64,000 nucleotides of DNA, from the IMG/VR virus record IMGVR_UViG_3300044730_002015, positions 105,525 to 169,524 of that record; one strand, given 5' to 3'. How positions within the stretch are numbered: the first letter of the stretch is position 1; every line of letters begins with the position of its first letter. Both the position numbers and the translations under genes were made by a program. This DNA comes from a virus. Shown here one piece after another: positions 57,124-64,000 of this stretch. The notes under the pieces are model-generated. The model saw only the letters and a list, made by a program, of their open reading frames with translations, ran no database searches and was not told where the DNA came from.

Positions 57124-57221
57124 CTGTAGATGTAAGGATCTTGTTTTTGGCTGCGCTTTTGTTTGCGTCGATATCTCAATTCATTGAGCCATAGAACTAT
57201 AAATTCACGCAATTTTTTCAT
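57120..57221 (-). CDS. 33-aa basic peptide ending DPYIYR
   Basis: MKKLREFIVLWLNELRYRRKQKRSQKQDPYIYR; AAGGAG SD; ATGA overlap with the carbamoyltransferase. Confidence 0.65.
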   Translation of the reverse strand: MKKLREFIVLWLNELRYRRKQKRSQKQDPYIYR

Positions 57222-57945
57222 CAAAGAACTCCTTGACTAATACCAATGCATCTTGATGTGCTAGATCGGATGGATGCTCTTCTACATGAGGATAACCCTT
57301 GGCCCACTCTACAAAACCATGAAGAGGTGGAAAAAAGAACCAAGGATCCATGTCTATCTGAGATAGTAGGCATTGTATGTTTTCATCCGGTAAAGATTTA
57401 CGGAAAAAGTTGTGTGCCACACTAAAGATATAGGGAATATCATTTGCTTTTAGAAAGTTTTGTAGTAAAACAATTTCCCTGAGCGTGACGTAGTATTCAT
57501 AGATGTCGTCATGGCCCACGTGCCTATAAAAGTCATCAATAAATTTTAAAACTGATTGCTTGGATTTTTGTAGGTGTGACCCGGGACGAGTGTAATCTAA
57601 TTTATTGAAATTATGCCACTGTGAATACAATGCTGCGCCGTCGGCAGATACCGGAGTAGACCATGGATTATATGCAAAACGAAACTCAAAGCGATTGAGA
57701 AAAGTCCAATTTACCACTACTAAAATGTCTTGTGTGAGGGCCTGCTGACAACTCAACATAACTGTTCTAGCAATGGCACTGTTGCTGTAGCCTGGCACGG
57801 CCCGACACACATAGTCCCTAGACAGTTGACCGGCCAACAGTGCAGGCCAAGTCTTTAGACTGTGTTGCCATCGAGCCTGGTCATGATCTGACAATCCCGA
57901 ACCATAAACAAAGCTATCGCCCCCGGCAATGAGCAATTTGGACAA
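57205..57945 (-). CDS. SGNH/GDSL hydrolase-like protein
   Basis: GDSFVYG, PGYSN, HPS..AH. Confidence 0.75.
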   Translation of the reverse strand: MSKLLIAGGDSFVYGSGLSDHDQARWQHSLKTWPALLAGQLSRDYVCRAVPGYSNSAIARTVMLSCQQALTQDILVVVNWTFLNRFEFRFAYNPWSTPVSADGAALYSQWHNFNKLDYTRPGSHLQKSKQSVLKFIDDFYRHVGHDDIYEYYVTLREIVLLQNFLKANDIPYIFSVAHNFFRKSLPDENIQCLLSQIDMDPWFFFPPLHGFVEWAKGYPHVEEHPSDLAHQDALVLVKEFFDEKIA

Positions 57946-57957
57946 AGGTATGTTCCC

Positions 57958-58140
57958 TTATTCAGTAGCAGTCTGGCCAGGTGCATCCTTGCGTGTTTTG
58001 CTTTTGAAAACTTCTGCACCATACAACTCACCTTCAATCACGGTGAGTTTGCGAGCACGTTTGTGTGGACGATTCCAGTTGAATGCTAGATAGGTTTTGG
58101 CTGCTCGGGTCATGCGATAGTTTGATGTGGGTTTTTTCAT
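57958..58140 (-). CDS. Small basic hypothetical protein
   Basis: GAGG SD; MKKPTSNYRM... Confidence 0.6.
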   Translation of the reverse strand: MKKPTSNYRMTRAAKTYLAFNWNRPHKRARKLTVIEGELYGAEVFKSKTRKDAPGQTATE

Positions 58141-58157
58141 TGTTTCCTCTTGGTGTT

Positions 58158-58233
58158 TGGCTGGCTTACGTGGGCTCGAACCACGGACCTAGTGATTAAC
58201 AGTCACTTGCTCTACCTACTGAGCTATAAGCCA
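58158..58233 (-). tRNA. tRNA-Asn(GTT)
   Basis: Cloverleaf; AGTGA-CTGTTAA-TCACT; CCA. Confidence 0.95.
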
Positions 58234-58266
58234 ATGTTGTTTATTATACTATAACTTATCTTGTTG

Positions 58267-58731
58267 TCAAGCCTTGCTGTAATTAAAACACAGGGTAAAA
58301 CTGATGCGAGGTTCTGTGCCCAGGTATTCTGTGACTCTATGTATGGTTTTGGTATCGCTGATAAAAAGAGTGTTAGGCTCAAAGGGCATTTCATACAGCA
58401 TACCTTGTTCGTCTAGCCATTGATAGATGCCGCCGCAGCCCGTGCTGCCACTGATCCAGACAGTGGCCACGTGTGTGCCCGGTACTGCGTCTTGATCATA
58501 GCCACTTTCGTTGTGCCATCTATAGTATGTACACTCCCCGGGATCATTGGGCACAACGTAATTGAACCAATTTTCTGTGCTGACTATGGTCGACTCCAGA
58601 ATAGAACTTATCCAAAGGTCTAGATCATTTTTTTTGGTATCAAACATATTTTTTACACTGCTTGAATTACCTTGGTTTGATATCAGATCTTTCAACCAGA
58701 GAGGTATGTCAATGTTTTTGTAAACTTCCAT
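58267..58731 (-). CDS. 2OG-Fe(II) oxygenase-like protein
   Basis: WHNE...IHRV...RISF. Confidence 0.65.
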   Translation of the reverse strand: MEVYKNIDIPLWLKDLISNQGNSSSVKNMFDTKKNDLDLWISSILESTIVSTENWFNYVVPNDPGECTYYRWHNESGYDQDAVPGTHVATVWISGSTGCGGIYQWLDEQGMLYEMPFEPNTLFISDTKTIHRVTEYLGTEPRISFTLCFNYSKA

Positions 58732-58737
58732 GGGATT

Positions 58738-59544
58738 CTATTTGCAATTGGTACCACTTACCATTGTGAACTCCGCTATGGCCGCAGGCAATGCCTGATC
58801 AATGTGCGGTATAGGGAAAATTTTACAGAGTTTATCAGTGTTGAGTGTACAATTTGATCTCGGCGCTTTAACTGCTGTGACGAATTCGCCAGGTTCAAAC
58901 CATTGCTTGTTCAGTCCCAACATATCAGCGATTTCTCTGGTGGTTTTTGATCCAGGATTGGTCACGTTGTATATGCCAGGCTTGGGCAAGTGTTGAGCAA
59001 AATGCACAGCCACTCGGGCCACATCTGTGACATTGCTCAAGGAGTTTTTTACATCAAGCAACTTGGGATATTGGCTGAGTTTGGTCAAGAGATTTTTAGC
59101 ATTGGGTTCACCGGCAAAGGGCAAGCGAATCCTCAGCAGATAAGATTTTGTCAGATATGGAGCCAGGAAGTATTGAGCCAGTGCCTTGGTACCACTGTAA
59201 AAAGATCCATTGTCAAAATTGAAATTGGGTGTGTCTTGCTCGGTCCAGCCCCTTGGGGGATAGCCATCATATACACAACCACTGGTCACGTGTACCACAG
59301 GCACAGAGCCAGCACGTTGTTCCAATTCCAGTGGAAAAATTACATTGCCTTGGATAGTGTGTTGTTTGAGTGTTTCACACACATCCACATTGGGCCGTCC
59401 TGTAAATCCTGCGGCGTTGATTATGGTGGTGGTAACGTCCGGCAGTCTATCTGTGTGCGTGATCCAAAGATATTTTAGATTTTGATTTTCTAACTCTCTC
59501 TGGATGTATCCGCCCAAATAACCGTGTCCTATCAAGGTAATCAT
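58738..59544 (-). CDS. NDP-4-keto-6-deoxyglucose 3,5-epimerase/4-reductase (RmlD/NRS-ER-like)
   Basis: GHGYLG, AAGFTGRPNVDVCE, SGCVY, SFYSGTK, LRIRLP. Confidence 0.85.
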   Translation of the reverse strand: MITLIGHGYLGGYIQRELENQNLKYLWITHTDRLPDVTTTIINAAGFTGRPNVDVCETLKQHTIQGNVIFPLELEQRAGSVPVVHVTSGCVYDGYPPRGWTEQDTPNFNFDNGSFYSGTKALAQYFLAPYLTKSYLLRIRLPFAGEPNAKNLLTKLSQYPKLLDVKNSLSNVTDVARVAVHFAQHLPKPGIYNVTNPGSKTTREIADMLGLNKQWFEPGEFVTAVKAPRSNCTLNTDKLCKIFPIPHIDQALPAAIAEFTMVSGTNCK

Positions 59545-59572
59545 TGTGACTCCAAATTTGTACAGTATTTTA

Positions 59573-59833
59573 CTATTTTACTGAGTTGTTGTCAAGCCCA
59601 GTCCAGGCCAAAACGAAAATCATGCGATCTTGATCATATTTAAAAGCCACCCCAACCTTGTCTGGATCTAGGCTATCGGTCCAGGCCCAGGTCTGCAGCC
59701 AAGGACCCACGTACATTCTGAGCCAATCATTGTACTGATCAACGGCCTGTTGCCATTGATCGGGTCGGGCATAACTGGGCCAAGGTATGGCCGTTTTATA
59801 CACAAAAGGATGCAGATCAATCAACATCTTCAT
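59573..59833 (-). CDS. Hypothetical protein, F-x-L-x-W paralog family
   Basis: WLRMYVG...W.W...VAFK...MIFVLAW. Confidence 0.7.
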   Translation of the reverse strand: MKMLIDLHPFVYKTAIPWPSYARPDQWQQAVDQYNDWLRMYVGPWLQTWAWTDSLDPDKVGVAFKYDQDRMIFVLAWTGLDNNSVK

Positions 59834-59851
59834 GTGAGTATTTACTAAAGT

Positions 59852-59927
59852 TGGAGCGGGAGACGAGGCTCGAACTCGCGACCTCAACCTTGGCAAGGTT
59901 GCGCTCTACCAACTGAGCTACTCCCGC
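59852..59927 (-). tRNA. tRNA-Gly(GCC)
   Basis: Cloverleaf; CAACC-TTGCCAA-GGTTG; CCA. Confidence 0.96.
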
Positions 59928-59932
59928 AAATA

Positions 59933-60406
59933 CTAAGCTGCCAGGCTCAATCCACGCAATCTATCTGCAGCATAACTGGCTGCAAACGCCTGTGGTTTGA
60001 CCATGGGTATTACATTACAGGTACCACGGATGTATCCAATGGCCTGCTGAACAACACAACTGCTGGCGTGCATCTCATTGGGATTGATATCCAGATGCAC
60101 TTCCACTGGACGATCTGCCAGCACAGGCGCCAGTCTTTGAAACAGTTCCGACACCCTATAAACTTCATTCATAAGACGCATACTTGGTTTATCCCCGCGT
60201 GGATCATAATCTCGCTCGCGATCCACTTCACCAAAAATCTTGCATCCGTGTTTGCCGTTGATATGAACCACTACCACAGTGGTATATTCAGCCCACCATA
60301 CCTGGCTTTCACGGAATCTTTCGGAATCTGCGCCTAGATAGATTTTTGTTCCCGGACCCTGAGCAGCAATAAACTTTTCCACTTGATCAACGTCTATCTT
60401 GGGCAC
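59933..60406 (-). CDS. RNase H-like YkuK (DUF458) family protein
   Basis: IYLGADS, RLMNEV, EVHLDIN, KP.AFAASYAAD. Confidence 0.85.
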   Translation of the reverse strand: MPKIDVDQVEKFIAAQGPGTKIYLGADSERFRESQVWWAEYTTVVVVHINGKHGCKIFGEVDRERDYDPRGDKPSMRLMNEVYRVSELFQRLAPVLADRPVEVHLDINPNEMHASSCVVQQAIGYIRGTCNVIPMVKPQAFAASYAADRLRGLSLAA

Positions 60407-60508
60407 AAAGCCTCCTTTGAGTTATTTAACTAGCGCACATACCAGGGCTAGGTATTCTGATCAGCGCAAAAATGCAATAAGTAATGGTATGACATTGGCT
60501 GCCGACAA

Positions 60509-61078
60509 GTGGATCTTTATCAAGAATTAGAACTCAATCGGGATTGTACTGCCGAGCAGATTAAAAATCAATACAGAATCTTAGCTCAGCGACATCATCC
60601 CGACAAGGGCGGAGATGCCGATCGATTTCAGCGCATCAAGCAGGCCTACGAAGTTTTGATAGATGCTGCCCGCAGAGAAGAATACGACAGAACTGGCTCT
60701 GTACAAGAACCCAAAGAGATACACGCCGAAGCAGTAGAACACCTGTCTAGGGTGTTCCATGGAGTGATGAATAATTTTGACCCCGAATCGGGAAATCTGG
60801 TAGAGCTCATGCGCAACGAAATACTGGCGTTGAGAAAACTAATAGAACAAGATCAGAATACCTGTAAAAAACACATAGAAATACTAGAGATGATGAAAGA
60901 CAAAATAAAAATCATCGACGAAACAAAAGAAAATCTGTTACTATCTTTTGCTACCAATCAATTAGAATTACGATACAATGAATTAAAAGTGTTTGATCAC
61001 AGATGCAACTTAGTTGAAGTCATGTTGAAATTGTTGGAAAACTATCACTACGGTTTCTTTGAGTTACCCCAGACTTAA
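60509..61078 (+). CDS. J-domain (DnaJ) protein
   Basis: HHPDKGGD...AYEVL...R.EYD. Confidence 0.88.
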   Translation: MDLYQELELNRDCTAEQIKNQYRILAQRHHPDKGGDADRFQRIKQAYEVLIDAARREEYDRTGSVQEPKEIHAEAVEHLSRVFHGVMNNFDPESGNLVELMRNEILALRKLIEQDQNTCKKHIEILEMMKDKIKIIDETKENLLLSFATNQLELRYNELKVFDHRCNLVEVMLKLLENYHYGFFELPQT

Positions 61079-61081
61079 ATT

Positions 61082-61159
61082 TGGAGCACCGGGTAGGATT
61101 CGAACCTACGAATCGAAGGTTTTGCAGACCCCGCCATTGGACCTCTCTGGTACCGATGC
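61082..61159 (-). tRNA. tRNA-Cys(GCA)
   Basis: GCATCGG/CCGGTGC acceptor stem, CT-GCA-AA loop, GGTTCGAATC, U73, CCA. Confidence 0.92.
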
Positions 61160-61285
61160 AGATTCTAATTCATAACGCAGTTGACAAAGTCCACAGCACC
61201 AATCATCCTGCATGAGTCTCTCACGCAACTGCTCATCAGTGGCATAGTCTTCTTCGTCGATGTTTCTACATACACAGGCTATCAT
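61106..61285 (-). CDS. Bfd-like [2Fe-2S] ferredoxin
   Basis: MIACVCRNI...CCGLC; TAAGTA-N5-ATG start. Confidence 0.6.
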   Translation of the reverse strand: MIACVCRNIDEEDYATDEQLRERLMQDDWCCGLCQLRYELESASVPERSNGGVCKTFDS

Positions 61286-61312
61286 ACTGGTACTTATCGT
61301 GGTACATCTTAA

Positions 61313-61386
61313 TGGCTCCGGTGGAGAGAATCGAACTCCCATCATGGGTTTTGGAGACCCCTATACTGCCATTGTACTACACCGGA
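61313..61386 (-). tRNA. tRNA-Trp(CCA)
   Basis: TCCGGTG/CACCGGA acceptor stem, CT-CCA-AA loop, CCA. Confidence 0.92.
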
Positions 61387-61389
61387 ATG

Positions 61390-61548
61390 TTACTGCGGCA
61401 CCTGACGTGGCAAGTAAGGTACCGATCGAGGCCCGTACAATTGTTGTAATAATTTACGAGCTTGCTCGGCAGTTTCTGCTCCAATTCTAACACAGCGTTC
61501 TTGTGTGCCAGGTCCGGGATCACGTATGGTTGCTTCCCAAAGTTTCAT
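61390..61548 (-). CDS. Small phage protein (52 aa)
   Basis: MKLWEATIR...AETAEQARKLLQQLYG; TAAGTA-N5-ATG start. Confidence 0.65.
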   Translation of the reverse strand: MKLWEATIRDPGPGTQERCVRIGAETAEQARKLLQQLYGPRSVPYLPRQVPQ

Positions 61549-61556
61549 ATCAATAC

Positions 61557-63275
61557 TTAGTTCGCCAATTGAATGCTTGATGTTGATTTGTTATTTACAA
61601 AATGCCTAGTCCATAATACTTGGTATGCGTCTGTCAAAGGTATAACCTTTCCGTCTAGACAAAATCTGCGCCAGTCTCTATGCATGAATTCTCCGCGGGC
61701 AACACCTATAAAATGATCCATAAGTGGTTGGAAAAAATCTGTTTCTGTTTTCAACTTGGCATACAGATCGCGGAAAAATTCGCTGTACTTTATACCCTGC
61801 GACCGGGCCTGTTTAATCTCAGATAACATTATGCCCTTGGTTCTAAACATGGTATCTAAATCTGCTAAAAACATCATTTCCAGCCATTGATCCCTATCAA
61901 AGCTATTGCAACTGACAATAAAATATGCCGCAGCAACAGACACCAGTTTAGGATCGTAGTTGATATAGTAGTCGCGATCGTAGTCGGCCATGTCCATTTT
62001 TTCTTCGCTTTGTATGCCCACCGCAACCAATTCTATTCCGTGCTGTTGGATATATGCAGGATCGCTGGCAGGACTGTCGGGCAGGCACATCATGGGACTG
62101 CGATCTACGCCTATAGCGTCAGCAAGATCTGTAAATGGTCTATAGAAAAACATTTCATAGATTATATCAAATTCTTGATAAAAGTCTTCAAGTGTGCTGT
62201 CGGGCAGGCCTAGTATGAACCCAAGATTGATGCCTGCGTGGTAGTCCCTGATCAACTGTTGTGCTAACTCCATATGATCCTTGGCCGATACATCCGTGCG
62301 TTTTATGGCCCGTAGACTTTCTGGACTTATGGTCTGCAGACTCATGTCATAACCATCAATGACACCAGCGTCAAACAACGGAGCAAGAACCTGTAACTTT
62401 TTTGCATTTGTAGTCTTGGCCAAACCGCTCATGAGCAACGAAAATTTATGTGTACAATTTTTATAGATGTCAGCCACGATATTGGCTTTGACTATATCTT
62501 CTTTTAACAGTCCAAAATTTGCATCTGCTAGATAAAGGTAGTCGGGCTCAATCACAGGAATATAACCCAATTCCTCCATGACTAGATCTAAAGGCTTGGT
62601 GACAACTTTGGAATTGATTCCTCCGCTCCACTCACAGAAAGTACAACTGTAAGGACAGCCACGAGTGGTTTCGTATATCCATTGGAAGCCCAGATTGTTA
62701 TCTTTGGCAAATTGCCTATAGGTCAGTATTTCAGCTAGGTTATCAATCACTGTGTTTTTAGGCCAAGAAAAATCTCTTTTGTTCTGCGTGGGCCCTAGTC
62801 CTTTTCTTGAATAACTGTTTCTAACTTTTGACCAATCTAAACTATCCTGTGATATAGATTCCAATGCATCTTTCAAAAACCATTCGCCATATTCATTGGG
62901 CAAACAAGTGGCATCAAACCAAGGAAACTTTCGAAACCAAAGCAGTGGCGAAGTATAACTTACTCCTTGGTTAGGACCGCCCAAGACTATTATCGAGTCG
63001 GGTCGTCTTTGTTTGATTGCCTTGGCCACAGCATTCACTGCAGACCAGTTCCATATATAAGCACTGAATGCATAGACATCCGCATCATTATCTATGGCCT
63101 GGTCAACGATGCTGTCTAATGTCAGCCCCACATAACTGGGTCTAGGCAAAAGCCAATGCCATTGCGATGCGTATTCACTGTTCTCTACAAAGTATTGTTT
63201 GAAATTTAAAACCGCAGTGGGAAATTGTATGAGATAAGGATAGCAACCAAAATCAAAAAATTGTATTTTTTTCAT
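61557..63275 (-). CDS. Radical SAM enzyme with B12-binding-like domain (paralog of 14045-16003)
   Basis: SAYIWN, GGP, ETTRGCPYSCTFCEW, DANFG, ILGLP. Confidence 0.88.
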   Translation of the reverse strand: MKKIQFFDFGCYPYLIQFPTAVLNFKQYFVENSEYASQWHWLLPRPSYVGLTLDSIVDQAIDNDADVYAFSAYIWNWSAVNAVAKAIKQRRPDSIIVLGGPNQGVSYTSPLLWFRKFPWFDATCLPNEYGEWFLKDALESISQDSLDWSKVRNSYSRKGLGPTQNKRDFSWPKNTVIDNLAEILTYRQFAKDNNLGFQWIYETTRGCPYSCTFCEWSGGINSKVVTKPLDLVMEELGYIPVIEPDYLYLADANFGLLKEDIVKANIVADIYKNCTHKFSLLMSGLAKTTNAKKLQVLAPLFDAGVIDGYDMSLQTISPESLRAIKRTDVSAKDHMELAQQLIRDYHAGINLGFILGLPDSTLEDFYQEFDIIYEMFFYRPFTDLADAIGVDRSPMMCLPDSPASDPAYIQQHGIELVAVGIQSEEKMDMADYDRDYYINYDPKLVSVAAAYFIVSCNSFDRDQWLEMMFLADLDTMFRTKGIMLSEIKQARSQGIKYSEFFRDLYAKLKTETDFFQPLMDHFIGVARGEFMHRDWRRFCLDGKVIPLTDAYQVLWTRHFVNNKSTSSIQLAN

Positions 63276-63282
63276 AAAAAAA

Positions 63283-63520
63283 ATGCTCTGACAGTGCCCG
63301 GCGGTCTTTTACTACTCACACAAGAGTTCTGGTTACCCACATCTCCAAAGATAGCCATCGCCCTTTGGTGGTTCAGCAGAACAAGATTCTTGCAGAGCAC
63401 CCGCTCCGCGACAGCACTCGGTATCGCCTTGCCAGCGCCAGTTGGGTTAGACTGGGACCACCCGCGGTTGCTACACCGCTTCATTCGTCCGGGTCGGACT
63501 AGCCGTTGCTACGCGGCACG
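63283..63520 (-). ncRNA. Structured non-coding RNA candidate (~240 nt), family unassigned
   Basis: GC-rich intergenic region with multiple hairpins and long-range helices (GGUGGUC/GACCGCC, UGCUCUG/CAGAGCA); ends in a U run. Confidence 0.65.
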
Positions 63521-63525
63521 ATAGA

Positions 63526-63999
63526 TTAATCAGCGGAGCGAGTTAGGCCACGCCAATGTGTTAATGCTTTGGTGTCAGTGGTACTCACCGACTTCCACTT
63601 CTTTCCAGTCCACTCAGCACGACCAGGAAAAGGCCAAGTACCGGTCAACACCTGATATTCACCTCGATGCTCAGGTTTGATGTCCATTGAGTGCCAAGGC
63701 GTTGTTTCAATGCCTTCCCAGAATTCTGGTTCACCGTCATTCACATCAGGCGCGGAGATTTTGTCAAGTTCAGTGGCAGGATCCCAATCATCCGCTTCCT
63801 CATCGCGTTCCACACGGAACACATTGTAATTGGATCCTTTGCCGTTGGTGCTGTAGGCACCGGATCCATCCAGGTCCTCACCTGCATACTCCACGCTGGA
63901 TATCAATCTCCAGCCGTCGCAGTCAGTGTAACCAATGCTGAGTCGGCTGACATCAAAAGGTTCCGTGATCCTGACTGTGGCACTGAAGAATAATCCCTT
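63526..63999 (-). CDS. Phage hypothetical protein (partial, start beyond the right edge)
   Basis: Frame open to the window end: KGLFF...FD...DG...VEYAGE...STNGKG. Confidence 0.7.
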   Translation of the reverse strand, partial: KGLFFSATVRITEPFDVSRLSIGYTDCDGWRLISSVEYAGEDLDGSGAYSTNGKGSNYNVFRVERDEEADDWDPATELDKISAPDVNDGEPEFWEGIETTPWHSMDIKPEHRGEYQVLTGTWPFPGRAEWTGKKWKSVSTTDTKALTHWRGLTRSAD

Positions 64000-64000
64000 T

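Noticed and set aside
63272-63524. 70-aa (minus) and 99-aa (plus) ORFs over the ncRNA candidate
   Set aside because: No SD, promoter geometry or recognisable protein features; extensive pairing explains the region better.

Overview
A densely coded 64-kb segment, mostly on the minus strand, of a large tailed-phage (jumbo, T4-like) genome, probably aquatic. ErpA, AhpC-AhpD and a phasin-like gene point to a betaproteobacterial host (inference). The left end holds virion-type genes: a split S8 protease with an inserted beta-propeller, and a gp9/10-like repeat protein. Next come cassettes of small early genes driven by a repeated sigma70 promoter (TTGACC-N17-TATAAT). Host-like functions are abundant: translation (IF-1, bS21, six tRNAs), proteostasis (ClpX, two ClpP, ClpS, Hsp20, DnaJ, YccA), oxidative/UV stress (SOD, AhpCD, ErpA, Bfd-like, UvsE plus a uvsE pseudogene), sugar and cell-wall enzymes, two DNA methyltransferases, three radical SAM enzymes and a DNA ligase. 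The main unexplained signals are a ~240-nt highly structured ncRNA candidate at 63283-63520, systematic leaderless starts behind both promoter classes, a five-copy 20-bp palindrome beside early promoters, OxyR-, PhaR- and ROSE-like control elements, a possibly capsid-targeted nuclease next to a methyltransferase, and a 22-aa lipoprotein precursor. All calls come from reading motifs by eye; no database searches were run.
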